Below are positions 35,146 to 47,952 of a stretch of DNA of 64,000 bases, piece by piece. Both the position numbers and the translations under genes were made by a program. Every line of letters starts with the position of its first letter. Position 1 is the first letter of the stretch. Source of the stretch: Okamejei kenojei (taxonomy: Eukaryota); assembly GCA_035221665.1 (NCBI GenBank), contig CM069152.1:15128001-15192000 (forward strand), read 5' to 3'. A model generated the notes under the pieces. It saw nothing but the letters and a program-made list of their open reading frames with translations, was not told the DNA's origin and did not search any database.

Positions 35146-36394
35146 AAGACTACTTCCACTCCAATGCAAGTACCATTTTGATCTCCTTCAACAAAAGATC
35201 ACCAATTTAGGTACGTGCTTTCAACGAACAGCGAGAGGAATCCAAAACTATTTACTTTGACACCTCGAACATGAAGGGACAGGCTCGATCGTTGCCATGT
35301 TCCCACTCGGAGATGAAAGGTGTATCTGATTTTCACACACCGAATCACTCAGTCCCCTGTTCCTTTGCCGTCAGAAGACACATTGACCTCTTTTGTTTTA
35401 ATTGATTTTAGGTTGATTTTGTTTTCATATCAAAAGACGCTAAAACATTATTGGGTAAAAAAAATATATATATTGTTCTTCGGGGTTGTGCTGCTCTGCA
35501 AAGTGGAGCTGGAGCGTTTTTTGATCAGTGAGTTTGAGCAACCAGCTTGAATAAACCCCTGGGAATTTGTTAGCTGTTGTCTGTGTGTTACGTGGGAAGG
35601 AATTATTAAAACATGATGCCCTTCTATCTCTGTCATGTTGTACACTTAGCAAACAAGCCTTCCTGTGCTCGCTTTATTTTCATTTAATCATCTTGGTTAG
35701 CACTGATCAGTACATATTAGTTCATTCCAGATTAAGGTGGGTTATGGAAGGAATATGGGCCTATTTTCAGGCCCTCTCTCTGCCTCATTGCGAGGGGTAG
35801 GCAGGGATGTAACATTGAGGTCAGGGTTATTGGATGTCCGAGCATGGGTCTATTATTGCTCTTAATTCATCTGTTCATCCAGACTCCTCAGTTAATCCTG
35901 CAAGCTTCTTGAGAGATAGAGGGAAATAAGGGGCTGGTTGAAGTTAGAGAAGTCAATGTTCATACCGCTGGGGTGTGAGCTACTCAAGTGAAATATGAGG
36001 TGCTGTTCCTCCAATTTGCACTGGAGCTGTCTTCTGGGCTAAAGGGGATTAATGAGTCATGTGGATAACTACTGCGCTTGCTTAATGAAGTAAATGAATA
36101 TTACAGATACGCCCCTGATCGGAAAACTGCTAATTACAATGAACAAGCGATGTATGATCTGGGAGGCACCCTGGGCGTTACAGGAAGATTGCGCGCCTCA
36201 GCGCTCTGGTTGGAAGGAGCCAGAAGGGGAGGATGATTCAGCAAAATTGTGCTACATAAGGGGAGGGTATTCCTTGGGCTCGTTGTGTCTCGGTTTGGAG
36301 AGGCATCCGGCTCCGCAGACTCGTAAATAAATGCGCTTCTTGTTTCCACGACTTTGTCTCTGGCACCGTGATTGTGAGCACCGAAACACACCTC

Positions 36395-36632
36395 ACGCTC
36401 TGGCAACGGGGGAGGCCCAGGACAGAAAGGTCGGTGTGGGAATGGGTGGGGGAGTTAAAGTGCTGAGCAACCGGGAGATCAGCTAGGTTTAAGCGGACTG
36501 AGCGGAGATGTTCGGCGAAACGATCGGCGAGCCTGCACGTGGTCTTGCCGATTTGCAGGAGTCCACATCTGGAACAGTGGGTACAGTAGATGAGGTTGGA
36601 GGAGGTGCGTGAACCTCTGGCTGAAATTGATT
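36395..36632 (-). mobile_element. Penelope-like element GIY-YIG endonuclease fragment
   Basis: TSSNLIYCTHCSRCGLLQIGKT..RLADRFAEHLRSVR....LPVAQHFNSPTHS.TDLSVLGL matches the PLE endonuclease (IY-x-CxxC-x-YIG). Confidence 0.88.
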
Positions 36633-36837
36633 CGGTGTGGTTGGGCCCTTTCCCGACCGTGCCACACTTACACTGACTGGCACTGATGGATGCCTTCACT
36701 GTGGTGAAGATGTTCAATCGATTAATTGAGACGTTATCTGTCAATTTTAGAGTGATTCTCTATCTGGTGCTCTTTACCAAGAAGGACTGATAATGAGTCT
36801 TTCTCAGTAAGGAAGGATTCTGATGGAAAAAAAAAAA

Positions 36838-37148
36838 TTTAGTTTAGTTTGGAGACACAGCATGGAAACAGGCCCTCTGGCCAACTGAGTCCGCACCGAC
36901 CAGCGATCCCCACACACTAACAATGCTCTACACACACTAGGAATATGTTTTACATTTATACCATGGCAATTATCCTACAAACCTGTATGTCTTTGGAGTG
37001 TGTGAGGAGACCCGAGATCTCGGAGAAAACTCATGCAGGTCACAGGGAGAACGTACAAACTCCACTAAGACAGCACCCGCAGTCAGGACAGAACCCGGGT
37101 CTCTGATGTTGTAAGGCAGTAGCTCTCCCGCTGCGCCAACATGCCACC
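36838..37148 (-). mobile_element. HE1-like SINE
   Basis: SINE homology. Confidence 0.85.
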
Positions 37149-37604
37149 CTCAAATTTTTCGAGTGATTCTCAAATGTTTTCTCAAAGTAAATACTTTGAG
37201 AATTCCTCTTTGGGGAGAACCTGGAATGGATGGCCATGTTTTGCACTTTACTGCACACCCGTTGTGAAAATACTACTGATTGTTGTTGTTACACTCTGAA
37301 CCAGCAACTATTCCTGGAATAGCCATACCGAAGCAATGGCCATGAAAGCACACCAACGCCTCTGCTTCCTTAGAAGGCTTCGGACGTTCAGCATGTCCCC
37401 AGCAACTACATCCAAAGCCGCAAGAAATTGCAGAGAATTGTAGACGCAGCCCAGACCGTCACACAAACCAACCTCCCTTCCATTGACTCGACCTAAACTT
37501 CACACTGCCTCGGCAAGGTCACCAGCATAAGCAAGGACAAGTCCCTCTCCTCCTCTCCCCCATCGGGCAAGAGGTGCAACAGTGGGAAAACGCACATCTC
37601 CTTC

Positions 37605-38012
37605 CTTCTGAAGTCGGATTCCGTCCCGAAACGTCACCTACTGTATTCCTTTTCTCCAGAGATGCTGCCTGACCCGTTGAGTAAGTCCAGCATTTTGTGC
37701 CTACAGTATCTCTGGTACAAACCAGCATCTGCAGTCCTTTCCTACATCTACTGATGAGGTCATCCAAGTCCCTTTTGAATGGATGATAGACACAAAAAGT
37801 TGTAAAAAAAACTCAGCGGGTCAGACAGCATCTCTGGAGAAAAATAATAGATGACGTTCCGGGTCGAGACCCTCCTTCGGATACCTGAAGGGTCTCGACC
37901 CAAAACGTCACCTATTCCGTTTCTCCGGAGATGCTGCCAGACCCGCTGAATCACTCCAGCTTTTTGTGTCTATCTTCGGTTTGAACCTGCATCTGCGGCA
38001 CCTTCCCGCACA
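37605..38012. mobile_element. Cluster of three PLE terminal repeats (+, -, +), including a near-perfect fold-back
   Basis: 37785-37880 (minus) and 37885-38012 (plus) are inverted copies separated by about 5 nt. Confidence 0.8.
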
Positions 38013-38631
38013 TTCCCTGGTGAATCTAGGAACGTTCTCCCTCTGACCTCCTGCATCCCTCTTGTCCCCGTGGATTGTGTGTGTCTGCCATGCGGAGTGG
38101 GTCCTGTTGATATTCTTCTCCGATAGTTGAACAGTTGCAAGCCGAGTTCAATTCGATGTGGCCTTGTTGGCAACAACACGAATGCCGCAGTCGGACGACT
38201 CGAGGTGTTAATCATCCGAACGCACAAATGCCTTTTTGGCCAATTTCACAGCTTTTTTTTTAACAGGGGATCTGACAGAGTGTTAGAACAGTTCCAGTGT
38301 GCCAACAAAGACATTTCGCAGCCAGTGAATTATTCTGAATTATCCAGTCATTTTAGACACACCTTTACTGATGTTATTATTTAGTTAATTGGATGATTTG
38401 ATTATGTTTCTGGATCAACAGTCCTTAATTACCACTTAAACAATTTAACCACAAAGTTATCGAATAATTCCTATTCTCAAAATTAAAATCTAACTAGTCC
38501 TCATGGAAATTGGGTAGGAATTTTCCGGGTACTGTAAAACTCTGATAATCTGGAACCCTTGGGATTTTGGTGATGCCAGTATAGTTGATTTTCCAGATTA
38601 TTAGATTTTATTCTTATTAATACCCAAACAT

Positions 38632-38942
38632 ATTTAGTTTATTTTAGTTTGGTTTAGAGATAAGTGCAGAAACAGGCCATTTGGCCCACAGAGTCCACAC
38701 CGACCAGCGATTCCCACACACTAACGTACATACACTATGGACAGTTTACAATCTTACCAAGCCAATTAACTTACAAACCTGCACTTCTTTACAGTGTGGG
38801 AGTAAGCCACAGATCCCGGAGAAAACCCACATGGGTCAAGGGCAGAACGTACAGACTCCGTACAGACAAGGACCCATAGTCAGGATCGAACCTGGGTCTC
38901 TGGCGTTGTAAGACAGCAACTCTACCATTGCAATCCCCGTGT
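38632..38942 (-). mobile_element. HE1-like SINE
   Basis: SINE homology. Confidence 0.85.
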
Positions 38943-39199
38943 CACTCTAAGTGAAATTTAGATTTCACTTTTTTTACATATTAAACAGGGGTGCAATAAC
39001 CTTTCTGGTGAACTTACAACCATCGTCCATGGTGGAGTGGAGACACTTACTATTCAGGAAATGTTCCTGGTTATTAATGGGAGTCAACTCATTTATGCTT
39101 GCCCTCCTCACAGCTCTCACTCGATAATTGCCGCTCTCTCTCTGATCCAACCCGTAAGGATCCAGAGAAGAATGACCCCCCATCCACTCGAACTCTGAG

Positions 39200-39995
39200 G
39201 CAAAATCCTTAGAGAATGCACATCCACAGACTCACAACCCTCTGCATGTGAAACAGGTGTTTCCTCATCTCCGTTCTAAATGGCCCTTTACTCCTTATTC
39301 TTAAAAGTTCTCAACTCTTCTGGTGAAAACCCCCGGGCCTTCTGGACTCTTCCAAGATCGGGAACATGTTTCCTGCCTCTACCGTGTCAAGCCCAAGCCC
39401 TTAATAAGCTTATATGTTTCAATAAGATCCCCTCTCATGATTCTAAACTCCAGAGTGTACAAGCCCAGCTGCTCCATTCTCTCAGCATATGACAGTCCCG
39501 ACATCCAGGGAATTAACCTTGGAAACCTACGCTGCACTCCCTCAATAGCAAGAATGTCCTTCCTCAAATTAGGGGACCGAAACTGCACACAATACTCCAG
39601 GTGTGGTCTCACTAGGGCTCTGTACAACTGCAGAAGGACCTCTTGCTCCTATTCATTGTTATGAAGGCCAACATGCCATTCGCTTTCTTCACTGTACCCG
39701 CATGCTTACTTTCGTTGACTGATGAACAAGGACCCCCAGATCCCGTTGTACTTCCCCTTTTCCCAACTTGACACCATTTAGATAATAATCTGCCTTCCTG
39801 TTTTTACTACCATAATGGATAACCTCACATTTAACCACATTGAACTGCATCTGCCATGCATCTGCCCACTCACCTAACCTGTCCAAGTCACCCTGCATTA
39901 GAAGACCAAAACTGCTCACCATACTCCAGATGTGGTCTCACCAGAGCCCTGTAGAACTGTAGTAGGACCTCCTTGCTCCTGAACTCAAATCCTCC
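39200..39995 (-). mobile_element. CR1 LINE RT fragment
   Basis: QGDLDRLGEWADAWQMQFNV.KCEVIHYG.KN...QRDLGVLVH and LYRALVRPHLEYCVQF. Confidence 0.92.
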
Positions 39996-40334
39996 TATAC
40001 CTAAAGCCCCACATCTTTTGGTTCTGGGATGACCTATCTAATTGGAGACCCTCGGGCTATCTTTAATCGGACTATACTGGACATTATTCCCATTATCCTG
40101 TATCTCTACACTATGGATGCTCGATTGTAATCATTATAGTTTCTCTGCTGACTGGATAGCACGCAACAAAAACGCCTTTCACTGCATCTCAGTATATGTG
40201 ACAATAGACTAAACTAAACTACATAACTTAGACAAAACAAACACAGTTCATATATAAAGATTGAAAAGAGTGGAACGATTATAATGGATGATAGATGGCA
40301 GATCCTCTTCTAGGACCAGCATGCAAAGAGCTTT

Positions 40335-40805
40335 GGAGTCATACAGCATGGAAACAGGCCCTTCGGCCCACCTTGCCCACACTGGCCAACATGTCCCAGC
40401 TACACCAGTCCCACCTGCCTGCGTTTGGCCCATATCCATCCAAACCTGTCCCATCCATGTACCTGTCTAACTGTTTCTTAAACGTTGGGATAGTCCCAGC
40501 CTCAACTACCTCCTCTGGCAGCTTGTTCCATACACCCACCACCCTTTGTGTGGAAAAAAGTTACCCCTCAGATTCCTATGAAATCTTTTCCCCTTCACCT
40601 TAAATCTATGTCCTCTGGTCCTCAATTCCCCTACTTTGGGCAAGAGACTGTGCATCTACCCAATCTACTCCTCTCATGATTTTTACACCTCAATAAGATC
40701 ACTCCTCGTGCATCAAGGAGTCCCAGCGTACTCAACCTCTCCCTGTAGCTCAGACTCTCGACTCCTGGCAACATTATCGTAATTCTTCTCTGTACCCTTT
40801 CCAGC
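40335..40805 (-). mobile_element. HER1-like CR1 3' end
   Basis: VGVWNKLPEEVVEAGTIPTFKKQLDRYMD; tail shared with the SINE. Confidence 0.88.
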
Positions 40806-42069
40806 ACCACACTCCAGCTCCATGTGCATCACTTTCGATGTCAATTCATGTGATTTTAATTTGATTTCTACGTCCTGCCTATTTATTATAAAATAGGACA
40901 AGCACCCAAGATCAGGATTGAACCCCGGTTCGAACCTCTAGGATTGAACCTCTGGAGCTGTGCGGCAGCAGCTCCACCCGTTGCATCACTGCGCCGCCCC
41001 CGTTCTTTGAACCTTGGAGGTATCTCTGGGCGACAGCCGGCCTTGCGGGAGAGGAGAGATCGCCTGATCTCTGTGAGCGGAATGCAACAACGGAACCTGT
41101 TCCCCTTCGTGATTCCAGACCGACGTTGTTTTACAAATATTTTTCACTCTTTGAACTTATCGCAAAATTCATCTAATTGCCTTGATTAAAGCCCAAGGGT
41201 GTCTTGAAGTTGCCTCGTGTACAGAAAGTCCCGGTAATTGGTTGCGAGAAAGGAAGAAGGAAAGAAAAAAAATGTTTTTCAAAAAGAACAAATGTGCAGC
41301 TGGACAGATCATTGGTAGCGGTGGAAATGAAGTGTTATGATAAATAAAAGAATAGGAAAACTACAGTTCCAGCACGGATGTCTCTTGAATTATTTTTCAG
41401 CAAAAGAATGTGGATGTCTTTGGATCAAATAAACCTGTCCATTCACCAGCGCACCTAAGCATTTTTTATTTCTGTTTAATCAATATAGATGCTCATGACC
41501 CACAGAACTCAAAAGATATTTGCCTTTAATAAGATATCCACATTCCTCGGCAGAGCCTGTTCCTATATCTTTGCAAAATGAATTATTGAAGCTGAACAGC
41601 GTGTACAGGAGAGAGCAGGAGAGAGCAGCTTTGTGCAATTGTTGCAAATCCTTTAACCGCATCAGATATTGCAGAGGTTTTCTTTTCGCATGTAAAACAG
41701 ACGGTGACATTTCGTCCCCCATTCTGCGTTGCATTCACCATCAGAGACCCCTTTGAATGAGGAAGTCCAGACATCAACGGCCCCTTTTTAAATAAAGAAG
41801 ATAGACACAACATGCAGGAGTAACTCGGCGGGAAAACAGGGAACGGGCAACGCTTCAGCTCCAGACCCTTCGTTGGAGTCGATCCGAAACGTCACCCATC
41901 GCTTCTCTCCAGAGATGCTGCCTGTCCCGCTGGGCTACTCCAGCTTTTTCGGTGTAAACCAACATCCGCAGTTCCTCCCTACCCTATTTTAAATAATCCT
42001 ATTATCAGGAGAAATCTTGAAATCTAGAACTCCTTTTTAAGATGAAGTCTCACCTTAAGGTATTCCTTT

Positions 42070-42295
42070 TAGAAACATAGAAACATAGAAAATAGGTGCA
42101 GGAGTAGGCCATTCGGCCCTTTGAGCCTTCACCGCCATTCAATGTGATCATGGCTGATCATCCAACTCAGTATCCTGTACCTGCCCTCTCTCCATACCCC
42201 CTGATCCCTCTAGCCACAAGGGCCACATCTAACTCCCTCTTAAATATAGCCAATGAACTGGCCTCAACTACCTGTGGCAGAGAATTCCACAGATA
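42070..42295 (-). mobile_element. CR1 3' end
   Basis: Same family as 13135 and 30528. Confidence 0.88.
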
Positions 42296-44297
42296 ATAGG
42301 AGGACATAAGAATATAAGAAAATAGAAGTTGGAATAAGCCTTACGACCCTGTCCCGCCTTTCAATATGATCTTGGCTCATCTCCTCCAGCCTCATCTCTT
42401 CCATGACAGATCACTGCAGCCCTCAGTTAGTCGATCTTTCTAAAATGTATCCTTTTACTCTTTAAATAGTCTGAATATCAGGGATAACTTTTAAAGAAGG
42501 GGGTCTTAACATCCGTTTGTTAATTGTTAATCGCGGCAAATTGTGGACGCAGCCCAGACCATCACACAAACCAACCCCCCTTCCATTGACTCCATTTATA
42601 CCTCACGCTCCCTTGGCAAGGCCAGCAGCATAATCAAGGACTAGTCTCACCCCCCTCACTCCCTCTTCTTGGCCATTCAGCCCATCAAGTCTACTCCGCC
42701 ATTCAATCATGGCTGACCCATCTCTCCCTCCTAACCCCATTCTCCTGCCTTCTCCCCATAGCCTCTGACACCCGTACTAATCAAGAATCTATCTATCTCT
42801 GCCTTAAAAATATCCACTGACTTGGCCTCCGCAGCCTTCTGTGGCAAAGAATTCCACAGACTCACCGCCCTCTGACTAAAGAAATTTCTCCTCATCTCCA
42901 TAAAAGAATGTCCTCCACGAAACCTCCGATGGTTTCTTCGGTGTCGCGTGTGCCAGGTACAGTGAAATACATTTTTGTTTGCATTCAGCTCAGCAAGACT
43001 CTCCTGGTACAAAATCGCAATACCCTGGTCAGTACCAAATGTACAGCACAGCCCACTGACGCCGTATGCAAGAGGCCCCACTTGGCGCCATTTTAGCGAG
43101 CCAGCTGCAGCTGGCCACAAAGGCCCGTTGCAGCCGTCTCCTCCTCCATCCTGATCGTCCCGCGAACCAGCGTCCCTCTCCACGCCCGGCCCCCTTCATT
43201 CTTCGTTGCCCATGGGGGAGGGGGATGGCCTCCACTGTGGCCCGCTGAGTGTTAGCAGAGATGAGGACGAGGCGGTTCTTTGGAACAGAATCAGTCTTTG
43301 CCTTACAACAGCACAACACGAGTTGAGGGGGAAAGCGAGTGCGAGAGTAATGACAGGGCCGATGAACAATGCAGCGGTTCAGCACGTACTGGATACTAAT
43401 TAATTACTAATTAACAATTCTGTTATTGTGAAAGGCTTGCAAAATGATCAGATAAGGCACTGAAGGAAAATGCAAGAGCAATTAAAATCCATCCACCTGC
43501 AGTACAGTGCGGCTAGTTAGAACAAAATACGAGGAAGTGACAGGAATAGTTCACAACTCAAACCCTTGATTAATTGCTGGTGGAAGCCCCAGAGAGCTTC
43601 ATCCACCCGTGTGTCACTCGGTTCTCTGCCCTACCTCACGTAGCAGAATGTTCGCTAATCCCACTTTGATCCCGTCAGCCTTTTAAATGTTTCCAGAAAT
43701 CCACACATTATCATAACCACAATAGTGCAAGAAATCCACAAATCACTCCCGACTAACGAGGCCCATTACGGATATTGCTGCATCTCCCATTTGTGGCTCT
43801 TGCTATCTCCAGAGATGTCTCGGAGAGCTTCATCAATAGCCCCGCGATAATAAGTTGAGAAAATGATGAAATACCAAGCAGTCGGGGCAATATTTTCAGC
43901 TGCACAGTAATTCCGCAACTAGACATTTGCTCGTTTATTTTGCTTAACCCTGTCACGCTAAAATTAAATGAAGCCTAATACACTGTCAAATTTAATTTAT
44001 TCTCTATCTCTCAATGAGTGTGGCATGTTCAGCATGAGTTATAGATAAAATATAACTATTTTCCTGTTAAAAAGCCTCAGCATGCTTGGCTATTGCAGAG
44101 TGTACGTTTCGAACAGTATCCGGCAAGTGAATCCTACAAATGAGTGATCCGGATCCCATTCCTGAACTGTGTTAAACCCTAACAGTGGCCTGTTTCCTTT
44201 ATCAGTGTTACTTTCCCGCATATCTTTCATTCACTCGTTCTATATCTCTCCACAGCACCGTCTGCATCCCTCGTTTCCCTTTCCTCCCCCAGACGCT

Positions 44298-44335
44298 CAG
44301 TCTGAAGAAGGGTCTCGTCCCGAAACGTCGCCCAT
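44298..44335 (+). ncRNA. Minimal hammerhead-ribozyme-like motif in a PLE terminal repeat (representative copy)
   Basis: CTGAAGA(44302)-A-GGGTC.TC.GTCCC-GAAA-CG-TC gives conserved core boxes, stem II, a palindromic ACGT stem III and a GUC cleavage triplet. Stem I is weak. Confidence 0.55.
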
Positions 44336-44834
44336 TCCTTCTCTCCAGAGATGCTGCCTGTGCTGCTAAATTACTCCAGCGCATTCGGTTTTAACCAGCA
44401 TCTGCGCTTCCTTCCGACACCGCGTGCCGTGTTGAGTTGATGCGATCAACCCTGGGCTTCCATGCACTGTGGAAACGCTGAGGTGAGACCACTAGAATTG
44501 ATGTGACTGGGCTTGGGGTGACATCCCTCCTAATGTGCACCTCCACTTCACTTGTGTGAAACGGCATGTTTATGGCGGGAGGAAACTCGTTGCGGCCCCC
44601 AGACCCCACGCTTACCTGGAAAGCTTAGTATTGTTCATAGAGGACAGGCCCTTCAGCCCACCGAGTCCCACCTGCATGGTCGTTTCTTGTAACTTCTGTA
44701 CACCTGGATCCATTTGAACATCCAAGGGACCCAGGAGCACCAAGCCAGAAGCTCACAAAGTGGTGCGATGCCTATACTCTGTAACCCACAGTGCCCGCTC
44801 TATAACCCTCTCACTCAGTGGAATGGGGCAGATA

Positions 44835-45150
44835 CTTTTAGTTTTGGAGATACAACGGGCAAACAGGCCCCGTCGGCCCAACCAGTCCGCACCGACCAAC
44901 GATCCCCGTACTCTAACACTATCCTATGCACCAGGGACAATTTACAATCTTGACCAAAGCCAACTAACCTACAAACTTGCACGTTTTCAGAGTGTGGGAG
45001 GAGACCAGAGCACCCGGAGAAAACCCACGCTGTCAATGAGGAGAGAGTGCAAACTCCGTACAGACAGCACCCGAGGTCAGGATCGAACCCGGGTCTCTGG
45101 CGCTGTAAGGTGGCAAGTCTACCGCTATAACTCTACCTCTGTGCCACCTG
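44835..45150 (-). mobile_element. HE1-like SINE
   Basis: SINE homology. Confidence 0.85.
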
Positions 45151-45947
45151 TGATGCTCCAGAATGATGAAAACAAAATCTGAAAGACCAGAAGAAGAAAG
45201 AGAAACGCTGCAAGACCACGAGAGTGAGGGTGATGAGAGTGCAGCCACAAGCTCAGCGTTTCCAGACCAGGTTGACATGCCTTTCAGAAGGAGATGAGGA
45301 GGGATTTCCTTAGTCAGAGAGTAATGAATCTTTGGAACTTTTTGCCACAGAAGACTGTGAAGGCAAAGTCAGTGGATATATTTAAGGCAGAGAAAGATAG
45401 ATTCTTGATTAGTACGGGTGTCAGAGGTTATGGGGATAAGGCTGAAGAATGGGGTTCGGAGGGAGAGATAGATCAGCCATGATTGAATGGTGGAGTAGAC
45501 CTGATGGGCCAAATGGCCTAAATCTACCACTATTCCTTTTGACTTTATGACCTTATGAGTGCCGTCACCTTCCTGCTCTCATGATATTTCTGGGGATTGG
45601 TTCCAGGTACACCATCCACTTTTAGTTATTCAGGCATCATGGGGTTTTTTAACCATTAGATCTATGCCCTCCCCTCAATTTGCCTCTCTAATATTCCCCC
45701 TATTGTGTACAGAGTGGATGAAAAAGTGGGATAACTTAGAACTATTGTGAACGGCTGGTGTATGGTCAGCAAGGACCTGGTGGGCCAAAGGGCCTGTTTA
45801 CATGCTGTATCTCTAAACCAAACCCACAGGGTATTCATAGAAGGTTTAAAATCAGGCAGCTTCCTCCTCATTCAATGGCACCCAGTCCAGCAGAAGTTAC
45901 TGAATGTTGGATAAAGATGGTTGCTCTAGCCCAGATGTGGCCAGCTA

Positions 45948-46262
45948 TAGTTTAGTTTAGTTTAGTTTAGTTTAGTTGAGGGATACAGCACGGAAACAGG
46001 CCCTTCAGCCCACCGAGACTGTGCCGACCATCGATCCCCGTGCACTAACACTATCCGACAAACACTAGGAACAATTTACAATTTACACCGGAGCCAATTA
46101 ACCTACAAACCTGTACGTCTTTGGAGTGTGGGAGGGAACCGGAGCGCCCGGAGAAAACCCACCCAGAACATACGAGCTCCGGACAGCACCCATAGTCAGG
46201 ATCGAACCCGGGTCTCTGGCGCTTTGAAGCAGCAACTCTACCGCTGCGCCACCGTGCCGCCC
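45948..46262 (-). mobile_element. HE1-like SINE with long (GTTTA)n tail
   Basis: SINE homology. Confidence 0.9.
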
Positions 46263-46789
46263 TCCACTTGCTCTACAAGCTGAACGTTCTCACTGAGATG
46301 GAAGGGCAGTCTGCAGTTCGAGGTACTTGCATTATTTCAGCTTGCTCTTTACAAACCGTAAGAATATCAGAGCCTCACTGGAGTGAGGTTTCATTTGTTC
46401 AGGGCTCTCCTGTGGCAAAACGTGCTCTGTGCCTTTGAGCAAAGCTTCCGTTACCTGTGGCAGTGAAGGATGCCGCCTAATCTGAAGGTCACACTGAAGG
46501 CCAATAGAACGTAGACCACAGAACAGTACAGCACAAGGACAGGCCCTTCGGCCCACAGAGGCTGTGCTCAACACGATGCCTAGATCATGTCTTATCTACC
46601 TGGCGCGACAGCGCCTCCTTCCTCAGATGCCTCTCTGACCCCATGAGAAGGAGAAGGAACCAATTTGTTAATATTGATCATAAACCGCAGGGACTTGAAC
46701 TCTGATCCCTCTGATCCCACACCCTGCCAACTTGATAATGACCGCATATTCCCATTGTGCGCTTTCTGTCTCGATGCATTGTAACCAGC

Positions 46790-47218
46790 TCCGCAACAAA
46801 TGGCAGAGAATAGTGGATTCTGCCCAGACCCTCCCTTCCATTGACTCCATTTACGCCACATGCTGCCTCTATGAGGCCAACAGCATGATCAAGGATGTCT
46901 CACCCCGTCACTCCCTCTTCTCCCCTCTCCCATCAGGCAAGAAGTGTGTGGAAACGCACACCTCCAGATTCAGGGACAGTTTCTTCCCATCCTACCAACA
47001 ACTAGACAATGGTCCTGACCCACCATCTTCCTCATTGGAGACCCTCGGACAATCTTTAATCGGACTTCACTGGACTTCACCTTGCACTAAACGTTACTCC
47101 CTTTAACCTGTACACTGTGGATCATGTATGTAGTCTTTCAGCTGACTGGACAGCACACAACACAAAGGCTTTTCACTGTACCTCGGTACACGTGACATTA
47201 AACTAAACTAAACTAAAG
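46790..47218 (+). mobile_element. Rex1/Babar-type LINE 3' end
   Basis: QRIVDSAQTLPSIDSIYATCCL..A.S.IKD.SP.HSLFSPLPSG....HTSRFRDSFFP, then the UTR and (TAAAC)n. Confidence 0.82.
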
Positions 47219-47647
47219 CACTAAATGATCTAACCTCCTGTGTGAGACCTCAGTGAAAGACCTGAAAATTTAAGCGCGCCACTTCCTTTTTGGTTCCCCC
47301 TTGCCCCCCTTATCTTTGAAACCTGTCACATCTGCAAAGAGCTCCTGTAAATGAGTTCAACGTGATTTCCTTTCATAAATCAATGCTAATTCTGCTCGAT
47401 GTATAATTCTTTTCTATATGTTCTGTTATGACATCCTTCATTATAGGTTCCAAATTTACCATGTTAGTGCACTGCATAAATTGGTAAACATCTCCCTGTA
47501 TTATCGCTCCTTTAAATCATGGGCTCACATTTGCTACCTTCCAATCCACGGAAACAATTCCAGATTCTGTAGTTCACTCTCTCGACACCTGTCTCTTTCA
47601 AAACTGTGAAATGCAATTCATCGGATCCTTGGAATTTATCAGCCGTA

Positions 47648-47952
47648 TGGGTGGCTTGGTGGCGCAGCGGTAGAGTTGCTGCCTCACAGCTTCAGAGACC
47701 GGGTTCGATGCCCCGGATAGTCGGAGCTTGTACCTTCTCCCCGTGACCTGCGTGGGTTTTCTCCGAGATCTTCGGTTTCCTTCCACACTCCAAAGACGCA
47801 CAGGTTTGTTGCTTAATTGGCTTGGTGTAAATGTAAAATAGCCCCTAGTGTGTGTGGGGTCGTGTTAATGTGCGGGGATCGTTGGTCGGTGCGGACTCGG
47901 TGGGCCGAAGGGCCTGTTTCCGTGCTGTATCTCTAAAGCAGTCACAAAACTA
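47648..47952 (+). mobile_element. HE1-like SINE
   Basis: SINE homology. Confidence 0.88.

Noticed and set aside
38260-38360. Deu-domain/SacSINE-like ancient SINE remnants (also near 14540-14610 and 10590-10740)
   Set aside because: The resemblance is too weak to support by eye and would need an HMM search.
41480-41813. Overlapping short ORFs as a possible exon
   Set aside because: No recognisable domain or convincing splice sites; treated as non-coding unique sequence.
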